A stretch of 64,000 nucleotides of DNA from Bacilli bacterium (GTDB lineage Bacteria; Bacillota_I; Bacilli_A; RFN20; CAG-826): contig JAZLKX010000025.1 in assembly GCA_045597865.1 (NCBI GenBank), forward strand, positions 368,934 to 432,933, written 5' to 3'. Both the position numbers and the translations under genes were made by a program. Positions 10,529-20,705 of this stretch are shown piece after piece (position 1 is the first letter of the stretch; the number at the start of each line of letters is the position of its first letter). A model generated the notes under the pieces. The model did not search any database and was not told the origin of the DNA. It saw only the letters and a program-made list of their open reading frames with translations.

Positions 10529-11404
10529 CTATCTTTTGATATATTCATTCCACTCAGTATAAGTGTCTCTATCAATGTGAGATGACTTCTCTTTTCTAAA
10601 CTTAGCAGGTGTTACATTATATTGCTCTTTGAATACATTAATGAAGTTAGATAAAGTTGTAAATTTTAATCTATCAACTATTTCACTTAATGAGATATCT
10701 GACGTTGCAAGCAATGTTGCTGCTAAAGACAATTTTTCCTTAATAACATATTTTTTAAGCGACATTCCTAAATACTTTTTGAATTCTCTATTTACGTAGC
10801 CATGTGAATAGTGAGTTGTCTTAATTATTTCGCTAATTGGGAGAACTAAAACTTCTTCACTTGCAATCGTTCTAAGTAATGCTTTTATCCAAACTGGATA
10901 ATAATCTTGTTTAATTTGATTTGCGAGAGCTTGAGAAAGCATTAAGATAATGACTCCTTTATGAATGGAATTCTTTTCATTAGTTATCTCATTATCTCTA
11001 AGTAAAGAAAGGATTTCACAAGTTGAAATAATAGCAGATCCACTTAATTCAAACATAAATGGTTCTTTTGAAAAAAGGATTTTATTAAATAGTTCAGGAT
11101 CAAGATAATCACAGCATTCTTTAAACAATTTTTCATCTGCGTAAATGTCATGATGTGAATAGGTATCTTTTGTTTTAATATGATAATCATTCACTTCAAA
11201 AGGTCTAACAATAAAAGCTGAACCAGATGTCACTTTTTTAGTAACAAATTTATTTTTGTCTTTTTTGTAAAAATCAATGCTAGCTTCACCGCGTTCAACA
11301 AATGTAATTTTAAAAAATGTATTACAATGAGGTTCTAAAGGTGGTTCTAAAACAACTGAAGTATAAGGACAATTTTCTATTGTCTTTTTAGTACAAATCA
11401 TCAT
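10529..11404 (-). CDS. AraC-family transcriptional regulator
   Basis: N-terminal cupin-like domain; C-terminal double HTH (FKKYLGMS...FKEQYNVTPAKFRK). Confidence 0.9.
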   Translation of the reverse strand: MMICTKKTIENCPYTSVVLEPPLEPHCNTFFKITFVERGEASIDFYKKDKNKFVTKKVTSGSAFIVRPFEVNDYHIKTKDTYSHHDIYADEKLFKECCDYLDPELFNKILFSKEPFMFELSGSAIISTCEILSLLRDNEITNEKNSIHKGVIILMLSQALANQIKQDYYPVWIKALLRTIASEEVLVLPISEIIKTTHYSHGYVNREFKKYLGMSLKKYVIKEKLSLAATLLATSDISLSEIVDRLKFTTLSNFINVFKEQYNVTPAKFRKEKSSHIDRDTYTEWNEYIKR

Positions 11405-12243
11405 AACTCGTTACCTTCTTTCTTTAATCCTTTTTTGTATAATTCAGGAAATGAATCTTTATTTATTAAAACGTCAAAAGATGATGTTGAAATCAAAAGA
11501 ATTGCTAAAGCAATTAGTGGTATAACTAACATAGCAATTAATGACGCCACTAATAATAAAATTAAGAAATTTGGAATTGCAAAAACCAAATTCATAACTA
11601 ATAAAATTAAACCCACTACTAAATATTGCCAAAAACGAGATACAACTAAAATAAGTGAGTTTTTGATTGCGCTCTTAAGTTTTATTTCATACATTGAGCA
11701 TTCAGAAACGATTGTTAAAACGATTGGAGTTAATAATAAGAACAAAAATCCAGTACAAATTGCAGAGAAAATAATTGGGACGATTCCTTCAAATCCAAAA
11801 ATGTACTTACACGAAAAATCAATAATTAGATAAATTAATCCATAGACTGCAGCAATTATTGCAAATTGACCATAGTTCTTTTTAATTCCTTCAAAATAGT
11901 CATCTTTAAACAAGACACCTTCCCCGTAAATCATTTTCTTTAAAACATTACCCATGCCAGATAAATGCACTGCCACTACAAATAAAGTTAAATACAAACC
12001 TACATAGCCTAGAGAAATAATAAGAATTGGATTATCTCCCGCATTAGATGCAAAATAAAGCATTAAAAAATAAACGACAAAGAATGGTATTAAAAACACT
12101 AAAGTTAATAAACCTAACTTTGTTAGATTTCTCCATTCAATTTTAAATATATCAAAAAATTGCAAGAATCTAGTTGCAGGTAAATCTTGAGCAGTAAATT
12201 CAGGTTTTTGAATTATTTTCCTTTTCTTTTTGTTTTTAGCCAC
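11401..12243 (-). CDS. Integral membrane protein (DUF624/YesL-like)
   Basis: About 6 TM helices; 'DYFEGIKKNYGQF' resembles the DUF624 motif; sugar-locus context. Confidence 0.5.
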   Translation of the reverse strand: MAKNKKKRKIIQKPEFTAQDLPATRFLQFFDIFKIEWRNLTKLGLLTLVFLIPFFVVYFLMLYFASNAGDNPILIISLGYVGLYLTLFVVAVHLSGMGNVLKKMIYGEGVLFKDDYFEGIKKNYGQFAIIAAVYGLIYLIIDFSCKYIFGFEGIVPIIFSAICTGFLFLLLTPIVLTIVSECSMYEIKLKSAIKNSLILVVSRFWQYLVVGLILLVMNLVFAIPNFLILLLVASLIAMLVIPLIALAILLISTSSFDVLINKDSFPELYKKGLKKEGNEL

Positions 12244-12796
12244 GTTTAAATACCTCTAGCAAAGTTTTAATATAATTTGTTTTACCGTTAGTAATTTCAT
12301 TTAAATGAACGTCTTCTTTTTTTAAAAAAGCAAAATAATCTTTTGAATCAAAATTAATATAATCAGCAAAATAAACATCATTGCATTTTAAGCCAAATTC
12401 ATAATCATAGAACTTGAAATTGTCATCACTTGATAAATAACTTCCCTTTAAATCTTCATAAGGAAATCTAGTGTGACTTTCAAAGAAAGTCTTTGGCATA
12501 ATAACAATGTCTGAAGTTGCTCCTTCTGTATCATATAATGAAGTAATAATTGGTTCTGTTTCTAAATATGAAGAAACTTTAACTTCAAGTAAATCAGGTA
12601 ATGTTTCTTCAATCTTGGTTTTAATTTTGTCCTTTTGAGCCTCGCCAATAATAAACATAGAGATTTTTTCAACATCTTTTGGTTTGTTTTTTAATGTGAC
12701 AAAGAAAGTCACGAAAAGAGGACACAAAATTAAAATGCAAATATATGCAAAGAATTTTTTGGATAAGTGGCGTTTTAAAGAATATTTAGTTTGCAT
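12236..12796 (-). CDS. Hypothetical protein with one N-terminal TM helix
   Basis: Overlaps both neighbours (coupled operon). Confidence 0.55.
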   Translation of the reverse strand: MQTKYSLKRHLSKKFFAYICILILCPLFVTFFVTLKNKPKDVEKISMFIIGEAQKDKIKTKIEETLPDLLEVKVSSYLETEPIITSLYDTEGATSDIVIMPKTFFESHTRFPYEDLKGSYLSSDDNFKFYDYEFGLKCNDVYFADYINFDSKDYFAFLKKEDVHLNEITNGKTNYIKTLLEVFKRG

Positions 12797-13265
12797 CTTT
12801 GTACCCCACTATATAATCAAATTTTATTATTAAAATTATTTCCTTATTAAGCGGCAAATTTGGTTCAAATATTTCACTTAATAAGAATCTTCTATTTTCA
12901 TCTTTAACTAAACACAAAACTTCTCTAACTCTAGAACCATCAGGAAGTGTAATAACATTATCTTTTATTTCATTAATTATTGCTTTATAAGTATTTTTAA
13001 CGCTTCTTTTATATAAAATCTCATATTCATGTGCAATTTTCTTAAAATACCAGAACTTACTGAGCATAAGAGCACTGGCAATAAAAAGAAGAGTAAATAA
13101 AATCGAGAATATTATCTTGTAGATTACCTGATTATGATAATTAGAAAGAACTAAAGCCAAAACAAAAGATAACCAAGCTAAAATTTGAAAAGAAATAAGA
13201 AAAATCAAATATTTCTTCTTTTGTTTTGTTAATTCGATTAATTCTTCTTGTCTGTATAAGTCCAT
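12786..13265 (-). CDS. Hypothetical membrane protein (2 TM)
   Basis: Two hydrophobic helices; overlaps neighbours. Confidence 0.55.
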   Translation of the reverse strand: MDLYRQEELIELTKQKKKYLIFLISFQILAWLSFVLALVLSNYHNQVIYKIIFSILFTLLFIASALMLSKFWYFKKIAHEYEILYKRSVKNTYKAIINEIKDNVITLPDGSRVREVLCLVKDENRRFLLSEIFEPNLPLNKEIILIIKFDYIVGYKDAN

Positions 13266-13987
13266 ACACTCTCCAAATAAGTTTGAATTGTTTTGTTCTT
13301 ACTTTTAATGATTTTAGAACCTGGAACGAATGATTCTTTAATCTTTCCTTCTTCCATATAATAAATATCATCACCTAAAAGCATAGCTTCTTCTATGTCG
13401 TGAGTTACAAAAATAACTGTTGCGTGTAATTCTTTAAATATTTTCTTAAATTCAGGAATTAGCTCTAAAGTTAATTTACGATCAAGATTTGAAAAAGGCT
13501 CATCAAGAAGATAAAGGATTGGACGTTTAATAATAGCTCTAGCGATGGCTACTCTTTGAGCTTGGCCTATCGAAATATGTCTAGGTTTTCTTGTTAGACA
13601 AGCTTCAATATGAAGCGTTTTTGCTACTTCATTAACTCTTTCTCTAATTTCTTTAGCATCTGAGCCTCCAGATCTAAGAGGATAAGCAATGTTATTAAAA
13701 ACGGTCATATGTGGATAAAGACCAAGCGATTGAGATACATAACTAAGCCCTTTATCTGCAATTCCATATTCATTAACATTTATATCATCAAAAAGTAAAT
13801 CACCATCATGTTCAATTAAACCAATGATTCCTCTAAGAATAGATGTTTTGCCACATCCAGATTCACCAATTAAAACGCTTATATGGCCATCTAAAAAAGT
13901 TGCATTAACCTTATCGACCGCAGTTGCAATTACTTTTTTACGCTTTTTGAATTCGACCGTGAAATTCTTTAATGTAATGTCAGCCAT
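13238..13987 (-). CDS. ABC transporter ATP-binding protein (short MalK-like, no TOBE tail)
   Basis: GESGCGKT, LYPHMTV, variant signature ISIGQ, LLDEP, VTHD; likely start MADITL at 13987. Confidence 0.85.
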   Translation of the reverse strand: MADITLKNFTVEFKKRKKVIATAVDKVNATFLDGHISVLIGESGCGKTSILRGIIGLIEHDGDLLFDDINVNEYGIADKGLSYVSQSLGLYPHMTVFNNIAYPLRSGGSDAKEIRERVNEVAKTLHIEACLTRKPRHISIGQAQRVAIARAIIKRPILYLLDEPFSNLDRKLTLELIPEFKKIFKELHATVIFVTHDIEEAMLLGDDIYYMEEGKIKESFVPGSKIIKSKNKTIQTYLESVWTYTDKKN

Positions 13988-14089
13988 AAATAATATAAGC
14001 AAATTTTAGTTATAAACTAAATATTATGCTATATCAATTTTCTCATAAAAATGTCGGAAATTCAACCTTTTAATAAAATTAAATGACAT

Positions 14090-14115
14090 AAAAAAGGGGA
14101 TCGAAATGACCCCCT
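14090..14115 (-). terminator. Rho-independent terminator after the 1225-aa surface protein gene
   Basis: Minus strand AGGGGGTC-ATTTC-GATCCCCT followed by TTTTT. Confidence 0.8.
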
Positions 14116-14140
14116 ATAAACTATTTTCTACAAAGTAGAA

Positions 14141-17100
14141 TTAGTCTTGTTTTTTCTTAGCGGCAATTAATGCAGCGCCAGCGATTGCTAAGCCTGTAAC
14201 AACAGCGCTTGCAGCAATAACTGAACCACCACAGCCTTTCTTTGGTTCTGGTTGTGGTTCGAGTTTTGGAATAACCAAACTTTCTGCTGTGCATGCCATC
14301 TTATTTGCATCAAAGAGTTGACCGCATTCTGAACAGACATAATGTGCTTTCATTCCTTCTTTTTCAGTTGTAGCTGCAACTTCTGGAATTAATTCGCCAA
14401 GTTTATGTCCTGTTGCTGGGATAACTTCAGTCTTTGTTTCACCACATTCACAAGTGAATGTCTTGACACCATTTTCGGTACATGTTGCTGGTTTAGTAAC
14501 TTCACCTTCACCCCATTCATGTCCTAATGCTGGATCAACAACTGGTGTTCTTGAAAGTTCTTTACCGCAGATTGAACAGTAGACAACTTCATCATGTGAA
14601 CCTGCTTCTGTGCATGTTGGATTAACAACGTGTTCTTTAACAGCTGCTGCAGGTGTATGTGCAACATCTTCTTTTGCAAGTTTTCCAGCAGCAAGTTTCC
14701 AAGATGCATAAGCATCTGCATCTCCAATTAATATGTTGCCTGCTACATCTTCAAAGTATTTTTCGCATGTTTCACAGAAGTAAGCGGCTTTGTAGCCATC
14801 TTCCTTACATGTTGCATCTTTACCTGCAACTGGCGACATATCGTGTCCTAATGCTGGATCTGTAACTGTGTTTCTTGAAAGTTCTTTTTGACAAACTGAA
14901 CAGTAGACAACTTCATCATGTGAACCTGCTTCTGTACATGTTGGATTAACAACGTTTTCAATAACAGCTGTTGCAGGTGTGTGTGGAACATCTTCTTTTG
15001 CAAGTTTTCCATCACCAAGTCTCCAAATTTCAAGAGCTTCGAAGTCACCAATTAAATCTTCACAATTCTCATCTTCGTAATAAGCCTTACAATTATTACA
15101 ATAGTAAGCTTCTTTATAACCATCTTCTTTGCATGTTGCTGGTTCACCATCAATGAATTCAGCATCATGTCCGATTGGATCAATATCAATGGTTTTTGTA
15201 TCAGTACCAAGTGTTGCAAATGTTGCTGTGTATGTGCCAACACCTTTTTGAGTACATGTTGGATCAGTGGTTACTTCATAAGTAACAACACCTTCTTCAG
15301 TAACAAATTCTTCACAACCATCATTTGTGCATTCTTTAGTTGCAGTACATTCAAATCCACCGTCAATTGGTTGCCAATCATAAACTGTTTCACCAAATAC
15401 ATGGTCTGGTTTACCAGCTTCAGTATTTGTGTAGCTATCCTTTTCAGTTTGAGCGGTTCCAAGTTCAGTATTATCAAATGTTACTTCAAAATGACCAGTT
15501 TCATAACTATGGCAAGTAGCATTTGTGTCTTTGACATAGTTTGCTTCTTTTTCTTCATATAAAGTTTCGCCACAGCCGTGTTCACAGGTTGCACTAGCTT
15601 TTGCAAGTTTGCCATCCCATGTAACTTCAACTGACCATTCGTGTCCAGTTGCTGGAGTATCTCCTTCAACTGAATTTGCCTCAGTGCGAGCTGTTCCGAG
15701 TGCTGTGTTATCAAATGTTACTTCGTAATGTCCTAAGTTTTTAGAAGTACATGTTGCTTCTGAATCTTGGACAAATGTGCCATCTTTGGTTTCTGTAATT
15801 TGGTGAGACCCATCATGGCTACAAGTCATTGTTGCAGTAGCAGTTTTGCCTTCCCAAGTAACAACTGGATCACCATAATCATGTCCAAGAGCATTGTTTA
15901 ATGTAACATTTTCGGTTTGTGTTGCGAATTTTGTATTAGTAAATGTGTATGTGTAATGTCCTGTTTCGCCATCTTCACATGTAGCAGCACTATCTTGTGA
16001 GTATGAGCCTGTAGCAGTCTCAGTTGCAAGAACTTCGTCTTTATCAACACTGCAATATAATGTTGCAGTTATCTTATGATCTGCTGTTGGTTCACTATAA
16101 ACGATTTCACCATCAGAGCAATCGGTAAATTTCGCATAGATTGATGTATCGGCATTAATTAATGTATTTTCAAAATCAAATAAAGTCGCATATTCACCAT
16201 CAGCATACCAACCACTAAAATGTGAATTTTCTTTAATTGGATCATCAATTGGAGAAACTTTAGTTCCAACATCTATGCTTACTTGAGTTTCAACACCGTT
16301 TGCGATAAATGTAACTGTTTTTTGTTCAACCCAATCAGCAACTAAAACAATGTCTTTAGTAACAGGAACTCCGACAAATGTGTATGGATTACCATCCAAT
16401 TTCCATCCATTAAATCTATATCCGGTTTTTGTCGGAACTACTGGCTCAGTAGCTGCCATATTTATTGCAACATATTGATCAGCAACAGAAGTGCCACCTT
16501 GAGAATCAAATGTTACTTTTGCTGCTTCTGTAAATGTTCCATTAACAAGTTCATTGTTAAAAGCAATAAATTTAAGCTCTGGAAGGGTAGCATCCATGAA
16601 TTGAGTATCTTTATCAATAGTAACAACGCTTCCTTGTTTTGCAAAACCAGGAGCATATAACGCTAAAAGATTGGTAGAAAAATAACTAATTAAAGAACCT
16701 TCAATGCTTGAAAAAGGAACTCCGTTAAGTTTGATGTGATTGCCTATTTCCTTGCTTGCAAGATTATCTTTATGATTACCATCTATGTAATTTGAATTTT
16801 TACTAGCAAGATTAGATGTAAATCTTAACATTAAAACATTAGGGTCACCATCATATACTCCAGGCCAAAAATTAATGTAGTTATTATTTATTGCATCGTA
16901 TGTTATCGGTCTCTTTCCGATTGACCAACCTCCATCATTATTCACAAAGTTACCAACATAATACAAAGTTGTAGGAGCAATTTTTGATTCAAAAAGAGTG
17001 GTATCTTCAGGAATAACAATCTCTAAGTACTTCAAGCCAGTTCTGGTTTCTATATCATCAAATGAATTATAAGGGATGTAAATATAAGGCATATTAGCAA

Positions 17101-17818
17101 AGGAACCAACTAAAGCACCATCAATGTCAGCAAGTTTTACACCATTCGCTGTAACTTTATCAAAGAAACTTGCAGATTTATCAATTAAAGTGTTAGAAAC
17201 ATTGCTTAAATTTCCACCAGAAACTGTAAAAAGAGCAATAGCCCCATTTGCTCCTGATGCCCATCCGCCATAATCAATGTTGTTCCAGGTTACACCTGAA
17301 ATTTCAATTGTTTTTACTTTATCAGCAGGGTAATCAACACTTTTAAATACCAATCCTTTATTAGCATCAAACACAAATTCCATTGTAGGAATGAGATAGT
17401 TTTGGAATTTAAAACCACCTGTAATTTTTAATGTTGATCCTTCAGTAATATTAGCCTGTGGAATATTAATAGAAAAATAAGTGCTACCGTTGCTATAATG
17501 AATTTTTGAACCTGTAATATTTTGTAATTCAACACCATCTAATTTAAAATAGCTACCTAATGTTGACACCAAATTTGTTTTGTCGATCGCATCTCCTAGA
17601 GTTTCGTTAAATTGAAGCAAATATGCATCGCTTTCAGGATATGGATTCCAAGCCGAAGCAATGCCTTTATAAGTTGCGTAAGGAGTTTGTTCTTCATCAA
17701 CAGCTTTTGTCATCACTACTTCATTGCCTTTTGATAAAGCGACAGATATTGGAACACTAGCACCAACTAATCCCAATGAAGTAAGGACTAATAATTTTGA
17801 ATATACTTTCTTTTTCAT
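14141..17818 (-). CDS. Large surface protein: 3 WNN-type domains, 2 InlB-B/Flg_new-like repeats, Cys/His-rich stalk, KKGCGGS-TM tail
   Basis: Signal peptide; VTFDSQGG...PTKTGYRFNGW; repeated ATC.E.G..YC..C; C-terminal KKGCGGS + hydrophobic helix + KKKQD; AAGGAGG RBS. Confidence 0.75.
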   Translation of the reverse strand: MKKKVYSKLLVLTSLGLVGASVPISVALSKGNEVVMTKAVDEEQTPYATYKGIASAWNPYPESDAYLLQFNETLGDAIDKTNLVSTLGSYFKLDGVELQNITGSKIHYSNGSTYFSINIPQANITEGSTLKITGGFKFQNYLIPTMEFVFDANKGLVFKSVDYPADKVKTIEISGVTWNNIDYGGWASGANGAIALFTVSGGNLSNVSNTLIDKSASFFDKVTANGVKLADIDGALVGSFANMPYIYIPYNSFDDIETRTGLKYLEIVIPEDTTLFESKIAPTTLYYVGNFVNNDGGWSIGKRPITYDAINNNYINFWPGVYDGDPNVLMLRFTSNLASKNSNYIDGNHKDNLASKEIGNHIKLNGVPFSSIEGSLISYFSTNLLALYAPGFAKQGSVVTIDKDTQFMDATLPELKFIAFNNELVNGTFTEAAKVTFDSQGGTSVADQYVAINMAATEPVVPTKTGYRFNGWKLDGNPYTFVGVPVTKDIVLVADWVEQKTVTFIANGVETQVSIDVGTKVSPIDDPIKENSHFSGWYADGEYATLFDFENTLINADTSIYAKFTDCSDGEIVYSEPTADHKITATLYCSVDKDEVLATETATGSYSQDSAATCEDGETGHYTYTFTNTKFATQTENVTLNNALGHDYGDPVVTWEGKTATATMTCSHDGSHQITETKDGTFVQDSEATCTSKNLGHYEVTFDNTALGTARTEANSVEGDTPATGHEWSVEVTWDGKLAKASATCEHGCGETLYEEKEANYVKDTNATCHSYETGHFEVTFDNTELGTAQTEKDSYTNTEAGKPDHVFGETVYDWQPIDGGFECTATKECTNDGCEEFVTEEGVVTYEVTTDPTCTQKGVGTYTATFATLGTDTKTIDIDPIGHDAEFIDGEPATCKEDGYKEAYYCNNCKAYYEDENCEDLIGDFEALEIWRLGDGKLAKEDVPHTPATAVIENVVNPTCTEAGSHDEVVYCSVCQKELSRNTVTDPALGHDMSPVAGKDATCKEDGYKAAYFCETCEKYFEDVAGNILIGDADAYASWKLAAGKLAKEDVAHTPAAAVKEHVVNPTCTEAGSHDEVVYCSICGKELSRTPVVDPALGHEWGEGEVTKPATCTENGVKTFTCECGETKTEVIPATGHKLGELIPEVAATTEKEGMKAHYVCSECGQLFDANKMACTAESLVIPKLEPQPEPKKGCGGSVIAASAVVTGLAIAGAALIAAKKKQD
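14521..15150. repeat. Intragenic tandem duplication, 324-bp (108-aa) period
   Basis: gtcctaatgctggatc at 14521 and 14845; near-identical NPTCTEAGSHDEVVYCS segments. Confidence 0.85.
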
Positions 17819-17962
17819 GTATATCCTCCTTTTAAAATTAAGAAAATAAAAACTATTTGATAAAATTGATCTGCAGTTTCAATCTTTACAAATTCTGTTC
17901 ATATTTTCTTTGATGAAATAATTGTATTATTTAAATATCTATGAATAAAGTACTCTAAAATT

Positions 17963-17976
17963 TGTAAGGGTTTACA
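17963..17976. promoter_or_regulatory. cre/LacI-family operator-like palindrome
   Basis: TGTAAGGGTTTACA in the divergent intergenic region. Confidence 0.4.
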
Positions 17977-18124
17977 TTAATATAAATTAATACATAGTAT
18001 TAAAATATAATTGAGTATCAAAAAAAGACAATTGTAGTTAAAAAAATGCAATCGTAAAATTAGTATTTTATATCGAAAACTAATTAATTTAATTTAAAAA
18101 GGTAAGTTGTATAATATTAGGCAA

Positions 18125-19270
18125 ATGAAATGTGAATTTGATTTATTAGAAAACAACCTTAAAACTTATATTTCGTCTGGCAAAATTGCAGGCGGAGCTC
18201 TTGCGATTGCTATTGGAGAAGACTGTGTCTTTTCAACATATCAAGGTTATGAAGACTTTGAAAATAAAAAAGTTATTGATGAAAATTCTGTATTTAGACT
18301 TGCATCAATGACTAAGCCAGTCACTTCTGCTGCTATTTTAATTTGCCAAGATCAAGGATTACTAGATATTGAAGACAACATTTCTAAATTCTTACCAAAA
18401 TTTAAACTCATGTATTTAAATGCCGGTGATGAAAAGAATTTAATAAAAGGAAAAGAAATTAATCGTGAAATAAAAATAGCTGATTTATTAACTCATACAG
18501 CAGGATTTGGTGGGTCGCTTGAATCTCCACAATATGATGCAATTCCTTTCATAGAAAGGAACCTAAAGGATAATGTTGATAAATATGCTTCATTTTTACT
18601 TCCAAATAATCCAGGAGAAACTTTTGCATATTCAGGTGTTGTAGGATTTGATATTCTCGCAAGAATTGTTGAAGTTGCATCCAATATGGATTATGAATCA
18701 TTCCTTAAAAAATATATCTTTAATCCATTAGGAATGAACTCCACTACATACAAATATAATAAGGATAATATTAATCATCAGGTTAAAATGTATAAACACG
18801 AAAATAACCAACTTATTTTAAGCGAAAATCAAGAACGCTCATTTGAATGTATTCAACCTGGTGAAGTAGGCGGAGGAGCCGCCCTTCTTTCAACAATTAA
18901 TGATTACATCAAATTTGCCATTATGCTTACAAATTATGGTGTTTACAAAGGAAAACGTATTCTTTCTGAAAAAGCAGTAAGGCAAATGTCCACTGCTTAT
19001 CTAGATTTAAATAAAACCAAAGGTATTGATATTTATGCTAACTGGGGATTAGGTGTCTTTATTAGAGGAAGACAAAATCCTGAAGTTAACTTCCATTTAA
19101 ATCCAGGATCATTCGGATGGTCTGGAGCGTATGGAACCCATTATTTCTCTGATCCATCTTTAAAATTAACTGTTGTCTATATGCATAACTCCCAAACATA
19201 TGGAGGAGCTGGTGCAGCACACACAATTGAATTAGAAAAAGATGTCATGAATTTTTTTAAGAAAGCCTAG
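18125..19270 (+). CDS. Serine hydrolase, beta-lactamase/family VIII esterase fold
   Basis: FRLASMTK (SxxK), LLTHTAG, FAYS, FGWSGAYGT; likely start ATG 18125. Confidence 0.85.
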   Translation: MKCEFDLLENNLKTYISSGKIAGGALAIAIGEDCVFSTYQGYEDFENKKVIDENSVFRLASMTKPVTSAAILICQDQGLLDIEDNISKFLPKFKLMYLNAGDEKNLIKGKEINREIKIADLLTHTAGFGGSLESPQYDAIPFIERNLKDNVDKYASFLLPNNPGETFAYSGVVGFDILARIVEVASNMDYESFLKKYIFNPLGMNSTTYKYNKDNINHQVKMYKHENNQLILSENQERSFECIQPGEVGGGAALLSTINDYIKFAIMLTNYGVYKGKRILSEKAVRQMSTAYLDLNKTKGIDIYANWGLGVFIRGRQNPEVNFHLNPGSFGWSGAYGTHYFSDPSLKLTVVYMHNSQTYGGAGAAHTIELEKDVMNFFKKA

Positions 19271-19273
19271 TAA

Positions 19274-20581
19274 TTATAAAAACATTATTAGATATATAGG
19301 CATATGTATCAAATTATTTTCTGTCTTAATAATATTTTTGTTTCCAAACACATATCCTTTTTTTAAGTTGTAAGGCTCTTTGACCAATTTTGGAATAGCT
19401 CTAAAATTTGTTTGATCTTTTCCTGATTTAATTTCAATTGCAATAGGAGACATCAAATCATAATCGTTTAGCAAAAAATCTACTTCTCCAACTTTTTTGC
19501 TATCAAAATAATATAGTTCGTGTCCATGTGCAATGAGCTCTGTAGCTGCAACTGTTTCATAAACTGAACCTAAATTTACTCCACTATCTGCGTTTAATAA
19601 AACGTTAATATTATTTTTATAAAGAATATTAGTTAAAATGCCTACATCATTATAGTAAAGTTTAATGAGATTTTTGCTCATTGATTCAATCAAAGGGAAT
19701 TTAGGGTTGCTGATTGACCTAGTTTGAAGTACGATACCAGAAGAGATTAAATAATCAAACTCATCCTGATATTTTTTTAAGTTTGTATCTTCTTTGTTTT
19801 CTATTTTCTTAAATTGAATTCTTTTAACTTTATTCTCCATATAAGAAGGTAGAGAATCAAAGATGTTTTTAATTTTTAAATTATGTTGTTCATCATATTT
19901 TGAAGCATCGTCCTTATAGTAAGCATAAGTATATGTTTGATTTTCTCTACATCGTATAATATTTGGTTTTAAAAATTCATTTACAGAATCAGGAAGCCCA
20001 CCACATATTAAATATTGTCTAAACAAATTTAAAAAAGTAACATGAATGTTTTCATAAATTTGTTCTTTTTTTTCAAAGCATTCTTTTAAATAAGCAATTG
20101 TGTCACAACCAACATTATTTGCCCATAAGAACTCCTCGAAATCCAAAGGAAACATTTTTACCTCTTCAATACTCCCCATTGGAACAAAAACATGTTTTAA
20201 TGTAATTCCTAGTAAGGAACCAGACGCTATGAAGCGATATCGGCCATCTAGTTTTAAAGATTTTAATAGACTAATTAAATGAGGATAAACTTGAATTTCG
20301 TCTAAAAATATTATTGTATTATTAATATCACCTAATTTATCTCCATAATCCGCACTTATTTGCAAATAAAAAGATTTAACATCAAAAACTTTTTCATATT
20401 TTTTGTCACTGTCAAAATCATCTTTTAAATTTATTTCAATATAATTTTCAAAAAAATTTTTTGCGGTCTCTCTAATTATGAAACTTTTTCCAATCTGTCT
20501 TGCGCCAGTTAAAATTAAAATTTTATCATTTTTATTTTTATAATTTTCATTTAATTTTTTTTCAATTTTTCTTTTAAGCAT
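19274..20581 (-). CDS. AAA+ ATPase (AAA_14) with DUF4143 and C-terminal PD-(D/E)xK-like domain
   Basis: MLKRKI start, GARQIGKS, IFLDEIQ, SGSLLG, GGLP, KLYYNDVG, EVDF...IEIKSG. Confidence 0.85.
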   Translation of the reverse strand: MLKRKIEKKLNENYKNKNDKILILTGARQIGKSFIIRETAKNFFENYIEINLKDDFDSDKKYEKVFDVKSFYLQISADYGDKLGDINNTIIFLDEIQVYPHLISLLKSLKLDGRYRFIASGSLLGITLKHVFVPMGSIEEVKMFPLDFEEFLWANNVGCDTIAYLKECFEKKEQIYENIHVTFLNLFRQYLICGGLPDSVNEFLKPNIIRCRENQTYTYAYYKDDASKYDEQHNLKIKNIFDSLPSYMENKVKRIQFKKIENKEDTNLKKYQDEFDYLISSGIVLQTRSISNPKFPLIESMSKNLIKLYYNDVGILTNILYKNNINVLLNADSGVNLGSVYETVAATELIAHGHELYYFDSKKVGEVDFLLNDYDLMSPIAIEIKSGKDQTNFRAIPKLVKEPYNLKKGYVFGNKNIIKTENNLIHMPIYLIMFL

Positions 20582-20590
20582 AATGATTCC

Positions 20591-20678
20591 GTCCGATTTT
20601 TCTAATTGAATTATACATCGTAAAATCGGTTTTTCCAATAAAATATTCAAAGAAAAATCGGTTTTTCCAATAAAATAT
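20591..20678. repeat. Direct-repeat array (2 identical 25-mers plus 1 degenerate copy), 32-33-bp period
   Basis: AAAATCGGTTTTTCCAATAAAATAT at 20622 and 20654; degenerate CCGATTTTTCTAAT copy one period closer to the gene. Confidence 0.85.
20610..20638 (-). promoter_or_regulatory. Sigma70-type promoter embedded in the repeat array
   Basis: Minus strand TTGGAA-N17-TATAAT; the -35 lies inside a repeat and the -10 between repeats. Confidence 0.65.
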
Positions 20679-20705
20679 CAAACATAAAAAATAAAAAATT
20701 TTAAA

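Noticed and set aside
10445-18060. AraC binding boxes (~21-bp-spaced A-tract/GACA-like motifs near 10490-10525, 14030-14070 and 18015-18050)
   Set aside because: Too degenerate to distinguish from AT-rich background by eye; needs motif discovery across orthologous promoters
18125-19270. Beta-lactam resistance gene
   Set aside because: No signal peptide; the motifs fit a cytoplasmic family VIII esterase-like serine hydrolase
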